NCBI GenBank assembly: GCA_021399395.1
Contig: JAAFKJ010000163.1
Location: 1 to 37,369 of the forward strand
Direction of reading: 5' to 3'
DNA length: 37,369 bases
Origin: Candidatus Heimdallarchaeota archaeon
Lineage (GTDB): Archaea; Asgardarchaeota; Heimdallarchaeia; Heimdallarchaeales; Heimdallarchaeaceae
In this document: in pieces, positions 17,546 through 26,789 of the stretch
Numbering within the stretch: position 1 is the stretch's first letter
Layout of the letters: the number at the start of each line of letters is the position of its first letter
The notes under the pieces: generated by a model
The model's database searches: none
What the model was told of the DNA's origin: nothing
Seen by the model: only the letters and a program-made list of their open reading frames with translations
Position numbers and translations under genes: made by a program

Positions 17546-17590
17546 CTTTTTTTCCACTCGAAGTAAACCCTGCTCCAGTGGAAATAAAGT
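17546..17590 (+). repeat. Dispersed intergenic repeat, copy D (complete imperfect palindrome)
   Basis: CTTTTTTTCCACT-CGAAGTAAACCCTGCTCC-AGTGGAAATAAAG: 13-bp inverted arms (12/13 complementary) around 18 nt. Confidence 0.85.
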
Positions 17591-17740
17591 CTATCCCTTC
17601 CAATATTGTCTCTGATGTAATAAGATACCTTCTTGTTTTTCTCTTTGCAATATAATGAAAGAATAACTATTTATGGAACCTTTGAGCGATTCTGAGCAAA
17701 AGAGTAATATTAGTTAATAGTTTTAACAATTTAGATATTC

Positions 17741-18433
17741 ATGGAATGGTATTATATTCTAATCATAATAGTTGGAGCTCTATTGTTTGCAATCTTGTCA
17801 TTAATTATTTGGTACTTTTCATACATCACACCGATCCCAACTGGGAAAATCTCTGATAATATTTCCGTTATTCGTACTGGAATAGTTAATTGCTTTGTTT
17901 ATAGTAAAGGTTCCAAAAGGATTCTAATTGACGCTGGAACATCAACTAAAAAATTAGCTAAAGGATTGATAACTCTAGAAATAAATCCTGAAACAATCAG
18001 TCATGTATTTCTGACTCATAGTGATCCTGATCATATAGGCGGTCTTTCACTTGTTAGTCATGCAACAACACATCTTGGAGAGAAATCGAAAATAGCTGAT
18101 TATGAGAAATATCACTTCCTTGATGATGGGGAAATAACTGAAGTTGATGGAATTAATATTCAAGCTATAAGTGCTCCTGGTCACCGTCTTGGACATACTG
18201 TTTTCATAATAGATGATGAATTCCTGTTCACTGGTGATGCTCTTAGTTTGAAGAAAGGAGAAGTAAAACCATTTCTTAGAATTTTTAGTTCTGATTATGA
18301 AAAACAAAAGCGAACTATTGAAATGTTAGCTGAACTTGATAACATCACTATTATGTTTACTGCTCATAATGGATTTACAACAAACTTTGAGGAAGCTATT
18401 GGGATGTGGAAATCCCTAAAATGGAAAGATTGA
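17741..18433 (+). CDS. MBL-fold metallo-hydrolase with N-terminal membrane anchor
   Basis: LIDAG, THSDPDHIGG, PGHRLGH, FTGDA, TAHNG. Confidence 0.92.
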   Translation: MEWYYILIIIVGALLFAILSLIIWYFSYITPIPTGKISDNISVIRTGIVNCFVYSKGSKRILIDAGTSTKKLAKGLITLEINPETISHVFLTHSDPDHIGGLSLVSHATTHLGEKSKIADYEKYHFLDDGEITEVDGINIQAISAPGHRLGHTVFIIDDEFLFTGDALSLKKGEVKPFLRIFSSDYEKQKRTIEMLAELDNITIMFTAHNGFTTNFEEAIGMWKSLKWKD

Positions 18434-18525
18434 CATTCCCATTCTTCATTTTTAAATACTGAATTCTCCAAACATCTTTATAGCTCTAAAATGATTTTTA
18501 GAGTGTCAACTGCTGGTGAAATTAA

Positions 18526-19437
18526 ATGAAAGAAGAGATATTAGAATATTATAGAATACAGAGCGAAATAAGTGATCCAGGTAAATTTACCAAGTATTTT
18601 GGTGATTTACCTGATTCTATCTCAGAATTATGTGAGATAGTGCAGAATACATTCAATCACATCTTTTGGATTATGAAGAAGGAGAATTATGGGATCTCAC
18701 CAAAAGATATTGTAGAAATCGGAAGAGATCCAAATCAAGAATTAAACCTTAGACGAATGGAAGAGAAACTGGAAGCATATTTTTCAATTGATGAAAAATC
18801 ATTTACTGAACAACGCAAACCAATTGATAAAATAGTTGGAAATTGTCGTGATTACGCTTTACTTCTAGTTTCTATGTTAAGATACAACGGTATTCCAGCG
18901 AGAGTAAGAAGTGGTGCTGCTAGGTATTTCTTTCCTCTATCAGATGAACGATATGAAGATCATTATATCTGCGAGTATTGGAATGAAGAAGATAAGAGCT
19001 GGCAGATGGCAGATCCACAAATTGACGAATTACAAAGAAAAGCGCTCAATTTGACAATCGACACTACAGATCTTCCCTTTGATCTATTCCTAGGTGCAGG
19101 TAGAACATGGATAAAATTCAGGAAAGGAGCTGTGAAACCAGATAATTTTGGTATTGGCGATTGGAGAGGAGATATCTTTGCTCTTAATAAGTTGATTATG
19201 GAACTTGCTAGTTTGAACAAAGTAGAGGTTTTAGCTTGGGAAAGATGGGGAATCTGTGGTGAAATTGAGAATCTGAAAACATTGGGTTATGAGATTTTCG
19301 ATGAACTTGCTGAGAAAATAACTAATGTAAATGATCCTGAGATTTTCTTTGAGTTGAGAAATATGTTTGATAAAGATTCAAGGTACAAAGTACCTAATAA
19401 CTATAAAGCGTGGTTTATGAAATTTAACTTTGAATGA
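18526..19437 (+). CDS. Transglutaminase-like domain protein
   Basis: Cys-His-Asp triad in GNCRDYA, EDHYICEYW and WQMAD; GIPARVRSG; GGTGA RBS. Confidence 0.88.
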   Translation: MKEEILEYYRIQSEISDPGKFTKYFGDLPDSISELCEIVQNTFNHIFWIMKKENYGISPKDIVEIGRDPNQELNLRRMEEKLEAYFSIDEKSFTEQRKPIDKIVGNCRDYALLLVSMLRYNGIPARVRSGAARYFFPLSDERYEDHYICEYWNEEDKSWQMADPQIDELQRKALNLTIDTTDLPFDLFLGAGRTWIKFRKGAVKPDNFGIGDWRGDIFALNKLIMELASLNKVEVLAWERWGICGEIENLKTLGYEIFDELAEKITNVNDPEIFFELRNMFDKDSRYKVPNNYKAWFMKFNFE

Positions 19438-19462
19438 AAAATAAAAAAGAAAGGATATTTGA

Positions 19463-19960
19463 TTAACCGGTTAGTTTCCCTATCTCTTCTGACCATTTAA
19501 CCATATCTTCTTCTTTCCAATTGTAGAGATCAAACTCACCAGGTTTTCCTCTAGTCTTTATCCAACCCCCAAATACAGCAGTTGAGGTAGGTTGGATTTT
19601 AAGATTCTTTTTTACAATACTATCAAGAAATCTCTTCTTTCTTTTTGCGTATTTATCCATCTCACCTTTTTCTAGAGCAGGATAAGTTAAACCAGCTGAA
19701 GATACAAAAACAAATACTTTTTTTCCACTGAAATCATTTTGAAGATATTTTTTCGCTCGTTTGGTCCAGCTGAAATAAGCAACACTGGAACCGATGATTA
19801 TATTGTCGAAGCTGGAAAAATCATGGTTCTCAGTTTCACTTGACAATTTTACAACTTCAACCTCATGATTAAATTTCTCTTTTAACTCACGTGCTATAAT
19901 CTCAGAAGATTTTTCTGTTGCACCAAATCTTGTACCATAAACAATTAATGTTTTACTCAT
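19463..19960 (-). CDS. Flavodoxin domain protein (HemG-like)
   Basis: TLIVYGTRFGAT, FDNIIIGSSV, AVFGG; likely start ATG 19960 after a GAGGT RBS. Confidence 0.85.
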   Translation of the reverse strand: MSKTLIVYGTRFGATEKSSEIIARELKEKFNHEVEVVKLSSETENHDFSSFDNIIIGSSVAYFSWTKRAKKYLQNDFSGKKVFVFVSSAGLTYPALEKGEMDKYAKRKKRFLDSIVKKNLKIQPTSTAVFGGWIKTRGKPGEFDLYNWKEEDMVKWSEEIGKLTG

Positions 19961-20080
19961 TGTTAATAACCTCAAATACTGTTCTGTTTTTAGTAATTTG
20001 CTTATTTAAGACTATACATTTCAAGAAGAATAAACAATAATCTAAATAATTCTTATAAATGTTGTAACTAATTGAGATAT

Positions 20081-20644
20081 ATGGTTAGAGTATTAATTTT
20101 GAATGGGAGTCCTCGCAAAAAAGGAAATACCCTCTTTCTAGTTAGCGAACTTGCTGAGCAGCTAAGAGCAAAAAATAATTTTGTTAAAATTCTTCATTTG
20201 AATGATTATGATATCAAACCTTGTCAAAGTTGTTATTGGTGTTATAGGGACTTTCCTCTCCAATGTATACAAGATGATGTGATGAATGGATTATATCCAC
20301 ATGCTCTTGATGCTGAAGTAATTATCTTTGCATCACCCATCTATTGGTTTACTTATTCAGCTCAGCTGAAACTTTTCGTAGATCGGTTATTAGCTTTACA
20401 TGTGAAGGGAGGTCACTCATTCCAAGGGAAGAAGTTCGCTTCTATTTTTGTTTATGGTGCTAGTAATCCTGAAGGTTCTGGTGTCTTCAATGCAATCAAA
20501 TCAGTAGAACAGATGATATCTTATTTTGGAGGAGAGAATATAGGCGTAGTTTACGGAACTGGGGGCGATAAACTTACTGCCAAAGATAATCCAGAGATTC
20601 TAAGAAAAATAGGCAATTTGGTACTAACTATATCAAATCAGTAG
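20081..20644 (+). CDS. Iron-sulfur flavoprotein / NADPH-dependent FMN reductase family protein
   Basis: LNGSPRKKGNT, compact C-x2-C-x2-C-x7-C motif (CQSCYWCYRDFPLQC), FASPIYW...QLKLFVDR. Confidence 0.9.
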   Translation: MVRVLILNGSPRKKGNTLFLVSELAEQLRAKNNFVKILHLNDYDIKPCQSCYWCYRDFPLQCIQDDVMNGLYPHALDAEVIIFASPIYWFTYSAQLKLFVDRLLALHVKGGHSFQGKKFASIFVYGASNPEGSGVFNAIKSVEQMISYFGGENIGVVYGTGGDKLTAKDNPEILRKIGNLVLTISNQ

Positions 20645-20671
20645 AATCTACATAGAATTTAATTAGATTAA

Positions 20672-20684
20672 TTTATTAGTGTTT
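20672..20684 (+). promoter_or_regulatory. TATA-containing promoter element of peptidase 1
   Basis: TTTATTAGTGTTT starting 27 nt before ATG 20699; the identical 13-mer and spacing occur before peptidase 2. Confidence 0.6.
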
Positions 20685-20698
20685 AAGACATAAAGTTG

Positions 20699-22210
20699 AT
20701 GATGAAATTGAAGTTTAAAGCTCCTACTATTCTAATTTGTTTATTATTTATTTGTTCTTCTATTGGTTTTTCAGTTTCTTCTGATACACTTCATCAAACT
20801 GATACAAGTATCTTAAAACTCAATCAAGTTGAGAAGATTGAATCCTTTCAAAAGGAACCTGTACTTAGTTATGTAGAGGAGCAAGTCGGTGACCAATTTC
20901 TATTCTGGATAAACATACCTGACATAACACAGCTGAGGGGAACACTGCTAGCAAAGGGAAACTGGAGTTATATCTATATGGCAAATGAAACAATAGACTT
21001 GCTAGGTGTGAATGCTTCAATTTCGATGTGTGAATCTCTTAGTCTTGAATTTGATTCAACTATTTATCCATGTGCACTTGAAGTAGCTGGGCATCCTGAT
21101 GGGAATTTAGGTGATATTGATGGGGATCCACACATAACAGTCTTTTTAGCACCTCTATGTAGATATTGTGGTAGTAATTCTGTTTTAGGTTACTACGATG
21201 ATAAGGATGACGAGATTGGTAATCCTTATTCAAATAACAGAGAAATGTTCTATGTAGATTCCGAGCATTCACTTGTTGATACTTTATGGATAATAACTCA
21301 CGAATTTAATCACATGATTTGGGGAAATTACGAATATGATGAAGCATCATTTCTTTTAGAAGGCTTAGCCAACTATAATGTGGATTATAATGGATATTAT
21401 TCATGGGTTACAGATGCAGTTACTACAACTTATACATATCACCCAGAAATTTCTCTTCTTTACTTTGTACGGGAATATGGGGCATTATGGGATGCTAGTT
21501 ATGGGCAAGCATACTTATTTGTAACATATCTTGCCGAACGCTTTGGTAATGATTTCACTCGAGAATTAGTTTCTACCGCTGCTGATGGTGCAGAAGCAAT
21601 AGATGCTGCTCTAATTAATTTTGGCTATACTATGACATTTAATACTGTTTATCTAGATTGGATAACAGCTTGTACACTAGATGATCCTTCTTTTGCCGAT
21701 GGTATTTACGGATTTGAAAGCGTTGACTATAAAATAGATGCCCAACAACCTATTGGTTATGTCTTTCCGATTGAAAAACTAGATATCACTCATAACTATT
21801 ATGGATTTGAAGTAAAGGCAGTGTATGGAGATCATGATAATTTCACCTTTGTTATAGAGAACCCCTATCCTTATGCTCTTGGAATATCAATAGCTTTCAA
21901 AGATGATTCAGGATGGAATGTCACTCAATATTTCAATACAGAACAATCCGATCAGATCTCTCTTTATATTGAAGGCACCAAGATTCAAGAAGCATACGTT
22001 ATAACAAGTTTAATGTCTGCAAGTACTCCTTCAGATTTTGGTGTTGTTTATGCTCTTTCTGAACTTCCTTCTGAAAAACTTGACTACTTCTTCTTTGAAG
22101 GCAGATTAGAAATAACTGATGAAAGTTCTTTCGCTTTCGTAACATTTGTTTCTATCGTCTGTTTGTTCCTAATTGCAAAAATTAGAAGAGACCGAAAATT
22201 GTCCAAGTAA
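20699..22210 (+). CDS. Secreted, C-terminally anchored zinc metallopeptidase (HEXXH...E, M30-like)
   Basis: Signal peptide, DIDGDPHITVF, NNREMFY, THEFNH, LEGLA, SYGQAYLF, C-terminal TM plus basic tail. Confidence 0.85.
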   Translation: MMKLKFKAPTILICLLFICSSIGFSVSSDTLHQTDTSILKLNQVEKIESFQKEPVLSYVEEQVGDQFLFWINIPDITQLRGTLLAKGNWSYIYMANETIDLLGVNASISMCESLSLEFDSTIYPCALEVAGHPDGNLGDIDGDPHITVFLAPLCRYCGSNSVLGYYDDKDDEIGNPYSNNREMFYVDSEHSLVDTLWIITHEFNHMIWGNYEYDEASFLLEGLANYNVDYNGYYSWVTDAVTTTYTYHPEISLLYFVREYGALWDASYGQAYLFVTYLAERFGNDFTRELVSTAADGAEAIDAALINFGYTMTFNTVYLDWITACTLDDPSFADGIYGFESVDYKIDAQQPIGYVFPIEKLDITHNYYGFEVKAVYGDHDNFTFVIENPYPYALGISIAFKDDSGWNVTQYFNTEQSDQISLYIEGTKIQEAYVITSLMSASTPSDFGVVYALSELPSEKLDYFFFEGRLEITDESSFAFVTFVSIVCLFLIAKIRRDRKLSK

Positions 22211-22212
22211 GG

Positions 22213-22225
22213 TTTATTAGTGTTT
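22213..22225 (+). promoter_or_regulatory. TATA-containing promoter element of peptidase 2
   Basis: TTTATTAGTGTTT starting 27 nt before ATG 22240. Confidence 0.6.
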
Positions 22226-22239
22226 TAACCTTTACATCT

Positions 22240-23790
22240 ATGGTTGAAATGCTGAAATATGGAAGTACTGTATTGTTATTATTTATTATTTGTACATCCA
22301 CTTTTGGAACAGATATTTCGACTTCTAATCCTTGTGATATCTTATTTGAGATAATGGAAAATAAACCCAGTATAAAATCTGAAACTCCCGTAACTGAAGT
22401 AGCAGATCAACTTAAAGTGTACGAGTCTTTTGGGAATCAAGAAGAATTTTGGACTGCAAATTTGAATACTAATGAATGGTTTACAGTACGTGCAACATTG
22501 CTCTCAGTTGGTGATAATTGCTATATCTACATGGACAATAGAACCATCAGTTCAATGGGGCAAAGTCAAGCCATAGATAGATGTGAGATATTAAGTTCAG
22601 AATTCGATCATACTGTTTATCCCAAAAACCTAGAATTAATGGGTCATCCAAATGGAACATTGGGTGACATTGACGGTGATATGCATATTACAGTATTCCT
22701 TGTTGAAGGTGTGGGGAGTTATTACTTACAACGTAATGAATTAGTTGGTTATTCTTATTCCAATCAAAGAGAAATGGTGTTTGTTTCTTCAGAGATGTCT
22801 CTAATTAATACTATTGGTGTTATGTGTCATGAAATCAACCATCTTTTTCTATTTAACAATGATTTGGATGAAGCAGTTTTCTTTATAGAAGGATTAGCCG
22901 AATTTTCTATGTACTATGCAGGATATATGTCCAATTATTCCTTCATGCAAGGTGGTATGACAATTAATACAACCTATTCAGCTTACTATTTCTCACAGAA
23001 TCCTTCTGTATCTCTGTTCTATTTTGATGCAAATTATTATTCCTATGCAAGTTATGGATATGGTTATATGTTTCTCTTCTACATTGCTGAAAAATATGGC
23101 ATAGATATAATCAAGGATCTAGTTCTAATTGATGTTCTTGATGGACCAGAAGCATATGAATCAGTTCTCTCTAATCATGGCTTTGAGATTAGTTTTAACA
23201 GTTTATTCCTCGATTTCATAACAGCTTGTACTATTGATGAGCTTGAAATATGTGATGATTTATTTGGTTTTGTTAATGCGGATTTTCATATAACCAATAC
23301 AAGATTAATTTCTTCGTTACCCTCAACAAAAGCGGACATAGAACATAGATATTATGGAGTTGAAATTGAAAAAATTACCAGCGCACCAGACAAATTTACT
23401 CTTGAAATTGAAACTCCTGTATACCCTAGATCTCTTGGTATTGTAATTATTATTGAAGATGACAACGGATGGAATGTTACACAATCATTAGTGACAGGAA
23501 ATGGTTCTACAATCTTGATTCATTGTAATGGAGATAATATCCAGACTGCATATTTAGTAACAAGTTTAATGAAAGAAGACACTCCCAACGCTGTTAGAAC
23601 TTGGTCTTCTAGCCCTGTCAATGAATTAACTATTGTTATCAAGGAAGGCTTCCATTATTCTCTAACAGAAGCAAATTGGTCTTTCCTTGTCTCATTTGTG
23701 TCTATATTTGTTATTTTTACTGTGGATGTGAAAGGAAGAAGAGCAAAAAAACAAAAAAAAGAAAGGAAGCGGATATTGCAAGAATTATAG
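22240..23790 (+). CDS. Secreted, C-terminally anchored zinc metallopeptidase, tandem paralogue
   Basis: DIDGDMHITVF, NQREMVF, CHEINH, IEGLAE, C-terminal TM plus basic tail. Confidence 0.85.
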   Translation: MVEMLKYGSTVLLLFIICTSTFGTDISTSNPCDILFEIMENKPSIKSETPVTEVADQLKVYESFGNQEEFWTANLNTNEWFTVRATLLSVGDNCYIYMDNRTISSMGQSQAIDRCEILSSEFDHTVYPKNLELMGHPNGTLGDIDGDMHITVFLVEGVGSYYLQRNELVGYSYSNQREMVFVSSEMSLINTIGVMCHEINHLFLFNNDLDEAVFFIEGLAEFSMYYAGYMSNYSFMQGGMTINTTYSAYYFSQNPSVSLFYFDANYYSYASYGYGYMFLFYIAEKYGIDIIKDLVLIDVLDGPEAYESVLSNHGFEISFNSLFLDFITACTIDELEICDDLFGFVNADFHITNTRLISSLPSTKADIEHRYYGVEIEKITSAPDKFTLEIETPVYPRSLGIVIIIEDDNGWNVTQSLVTGNGSTILIHCNGDNIQTAYLVTSLMKEDTPNAVRTWSSSPVNELTIVIKEGFHYSLTEANWSFLVSFVSIFVIFTVDVKGRRAKKQKKERKRILQEL

Positions 23791-24303
23791 GTGGATGGTT
23801 AAAGTTCCTTGAATAAGTGTTAACCCAACTTCTGCAGGTGTAAAAGTAGCTTGGAATAGTATCTTATGACCACCTAATGTACCATGAGATACAGCTTCTC
23901 CTGAAATTTTTCCGTCAATTTGTACCATTATAGATACACCTTCGAAAATTAATTCAGCACCATAGAAATCTCCTTCGATCATCCAAATACCTATAAAGGA
24001 ATTTGTTCCTATTGCGTGACCGATTCCTGTTACTGGATTAATATTCATCCTTGTAATTCCGGCTTGGAGTACTCCTTCAATATCTCCATACACAACGAAT
24101 GGAAACATTGCATCATCCCAATGTACAACCCCACCATCTGAAACCCAAACTGTAGGTGGCATAAATACTCCTGCTGGGGGATAAATGTACTCCAGAGCAG
24201 CAAAATCTACCTTAACCACCTTAGCTTGTGCGGTAGTGCTTCCTAAAATAAATAATCCCGCTAGACATACCATAAGTAAAAGATAAACTCTTTTGTTCTT
24301 CAT
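23785..24303 (-). CDS. Hypothetical secreted Gly-rich beta-strand protein
   Basis: Sec-type signal peptide ending AQA; 172-aa ORF with alternating hydrophobic pattern; no family recognised. Confidence 0.75.
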   Translation of the reverse strand: MKNKRVYLLLMVCLAGLFILGSTTAQAKVVKVDFAALEYIYPPAGVFMPPTVWVSDGGVVHWDDAMFPFVVYGDIEGVLQAGITRMNINPVTGIGHAIGTNSFIGIWMIEGDFYGAELIFEGVSIMVQIDGKISGEAVSHGTLGGHKILFQATFTPAEVGLTLIQGTLTIHL

Positions 24304-24461
24304 TTCTTACGCCTTCTAATAAACCTTTAATGTTTATCGAACTCAGTATCACTACATATTATTTAAGTCTTTTGTGTGCTAATTTATCACTATATAAAAG
24401 TATATATTTCAAGTTTCTAGTTAAAAATTAAGAATAGTAAATGTACTGCAGCAATAGATTT

Positions 24462-25346
24462 CTAGATGTTATCATCAAGAACAAAAGAATAGTCTTCTGG
24501 AGGTTCTTGTCTCTTGATTTTGCGTATTTTCTTAATATATTTTAAAAACTGAGAATATCTATCGATAGTTTGTTTGTCTGTTAGTTCTTCCCAATCTGTT
24601 TCTGTCATTATTATTCGAATATCTTTTACCAGAATATCTAGCTCTGCAGCTGGTAACTCTGAGGCTAATTTCTTAGCTAAAGTGATATTCGCTGAATCTA
24701 CTCCAGGGATATCATATCTCTCAGGATCATTTTTCCATGCTTCAAAAGACGGAGCGAGTTCTTCAGTTGATAGAAGATCTACGATTCTATCTACTGTGAA
24801 AGGAAGTAATTCTTTAAACATTTTATATGCCTTAGCATATTTAGTTGAATGTTCAACATTCACCTGAAAATAGTCATCAGTTGGAAAGAGCTGAAGTATA
24901 CTCCTTATTTGGAAAATACCCATAGGAAACTCTAGTTCCAGGAATTTTGCTCTATAGGGATCATCCTCAAATGGAACCAGTCTTATTCCTAACAATTTTT
25001 CTCTTATTGTTAGTTTCCAAACCCTTGCAACTGCTTTCCTCTGAAAAGCTCCTGATAATTCTTCACTCTCGTGAAAGACATGAACAATAGGAAGTTTCCT
25101 TCTTGTTGCTCCACTATACAACTTTCTGAAACTTGTCGTATTGACTTCACTCCCTTTTGATCTAAGATTCTTAGATACGAATCTCACTTCATCATCCTTA
25201 TCTGTTAACTCCCATTCCAATCCCTCTATAATATTTATTAATTCAATTGTAACTTCACTACTATCCTCTATACAAATAATCTTTTTCAATATAAACCGAA
25301 AGCTTTTTTCCGATTCAGCTTTCATAAAATAAAGAATCAGCCTCAT
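24462..25346 (-). CDS. Hypothetical cytoplasmic protein
   Basis: 294-codon ORF with protein-like composition, co-oriented with the upstream reductase; start uncertain; no motif recognised. Confidence 0.75.
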   Translation of the reverse strand: MRLILYFMKAESEKSFRFILKKIICIEDSSEVTIELINIIEGLEWELTDKDDEVRFVSKNLRSKGSEVNTTSFRKLYSGATRRKLPIVHVFHESEELSGAFQRKAVARVWKLTIREKLLGIRLVPFEDDPYRAKFLELEFPMGIFQIRSILQLFPTDDYFQVNVEHSTKYAKAYKMFKELLPFTVDRIVDLLSTEELAPSFEAWKNDPERYDIPGVDSANITLAKKLASELPAAELDILVKDIRIIMTETDWEELTDKQTIDRYSQFLKYIKKIRKIKRQEPPEDYSFVLDDNI

Positions 25347-25371
25347 TTTTTAAATATAACTGCAAAAAAAC

Positions 25372-26733
25372 CTATTTTTCTTCTAATTTTGCGAATAAAT
25401 GCATCTGACCAAGCATCCACTCAAGGTATCTTCGAGTATGATATTTCTTTGGCATCTTCCTATAATGATTGTAGATTCTATTAGACATCGATATAGCTTT
25501 ACCCACTTTTAACATCAACCTTATCTTGGAAATGCCTTTGAAAAACGCTATAACCATCTTCAATGGACCGATCCTTGCATATTTTGCATGGATTAAGTTC
25601 TCAAAATCGCTTTTTGTCAAAATACCTTTCTTAATCAAGAAAGAAAAATCTTCCTCAGAAAAAGCAAGAAATTGTCGTCGCATCATGTCTAAAGCTGCAT
25701 TGTCTCTTCCTCTCTCTTTCATAAACTGCACTTGGTACTCCCACAAACTATCTATGGAAACTTCTTTTCGTCTCAGTGAATCAACAACAACTTCTGCTGC
25801 TATTTTTGCTGCTATCATAGCTGAACCGACCCCACAACCATTGCTAGGAATTACTTGACATGCTGCTTCACCTACTGCTAAAAATCCATACCAAACCATT
25901 GTGGTTGGTCTTCGAATAATTATGTCTCTGCCCCCTCCTCTTAACATTTCGTTTGAAATATTTCCTTTGGAGTTAACGAAATCGTTTACAATTGCTTTTG
26001 CTGATCTATCAGAATATCCCTTACCAACCCCTGCTCCAACATCTAAAATATTATCCTCTTCAAAATTTAACCAACTGTAACCCTTTTCATATCCATATCT
26101 ATAGTAAAGAATATCTTTCTCAATAGGGTGGGTTTGTAAATCTATGACTCCTTCTGAAACCTCATGTGATTCTCTGTGAGCTCTTGCAAGATCTTCCTTT
26201 TCGATTTTGATATTCAAGTCTAAAACTTCAATATTACTGGAAAGAATACGAGCTTTGCCAGAACAATCTACGACCAATTGAGCATTTTCAATGCTACCAT
26301 CCTTCTTCTTAACTCCAACTACCCATTGACCTCTCCCCATTGGTTCAATAATTTCTGTCTCAAAAAGGAATTCAGCTCCAGCTTTTTCAGCTGATTTTAC
26401 TAATCTTTCTAAGAACAATTTTCTATCAACTATCCAATAATCATAGTGACTCAGGTGAATTATGCTTTCTAGATTTGGTGATAAAACTGCTAAGTGATCC
26501 CTATCTCTCTTTCTTTCTTCACCTTTAGGAGCAGGAATTCCTGAATAAGAAAAAGCTTTCTTCTCGATAGAATCGCACCAATCGTGTTCAATTTCATTTC
26601 TTGATTGTTTTTCAAAGACTTTTACTTTTAATCTAGCATTTGCTAAGTGAAAAGCCAATACACAACCTGCGATTCCTCCACCAACGATAATAACATCGAT
26701 TTCTTTCTTCTTTTTCTTACTTTTAGGCATCAA
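25372..26733 (-). CDS. Geranylgeranyl reductase family FAD-dependent oxidoreductase (DGGGPL reductase-like)
   Basis: DVIIVGGGIAG, VDRKLF, VVDCSG, GYSW, AVGEAACQVIPSNGCGVGSAM. Confidence 0.85.
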   Translation of the reverse strand: MMPKSKKKKKEIDVIIVGGGIAGCVLAFHLANARLKVKVFEKQSRNEIEHDWCDSIEKKAFSYSGIPAPKGEERKRDRDHLAVLSPNLESIIHLSHYDYWIVDRKLFLERLVKSAEKAGAEFLFETEIIEPMGRGQWVVGVKKKDGSIENAQLVVDCSGKARILSSNIEVLDLNIKIEKEDLARAHRESHEVSEGVIDLQTHPIEKDILYYRYGYEKGYSWLNFEEDNILDVGAGVGKGYSDRSAKAIVNDFVNSKGNISNEMLRGGGRDIIIRRPTTMVWYGFLAVGEAACQVIPSNGCGVGSAMIAAKIAAEVVVDSLRRKEVSIDSLWEYQVQFMKERGRDNAALDMMRRQFLAFSEEDFSFLIKKGILTKSDFENLIHAKYARIGPLKMVIAFFKGISKIRLMLKVGKAISMSNRIYNHYRKMPKKYHTRRYLEWMLGQMHLFAKLEEK

Positions 26734-26789
26734 TTTGAATAAAGATTACATATTCTTTAGTTTTATCCAAAATATGTAGTAATATGGAA

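Noticed and set aside
15295-17590. Repeat copies as a CRISPR array or canonical attC sites
   Set aside because: Spacing is about 250-1000 nt with genes between, no cas genes or integrase are in the window, and the RYYYAAC/GTTRRRY ends are not matched.
17681-17700. TTTGAGCGAT/TCTGAGCAAA 10-bp direct repeat upstream of the MBL gene
   Set aside because: Only two short units, with different period and consensus from the wHTH-associated boxes; cannot be separated from chance.
19717-19729. CTTTTTTTCCACT identical to the left arm of repeat copy D (similar short matches near 4296, 9681 and 9813)
   Set aside because: Lies inside the flavodoxin CDS, is low complexity and lacks the CGAAGT..ACCCTG core; the other matches are equally short.
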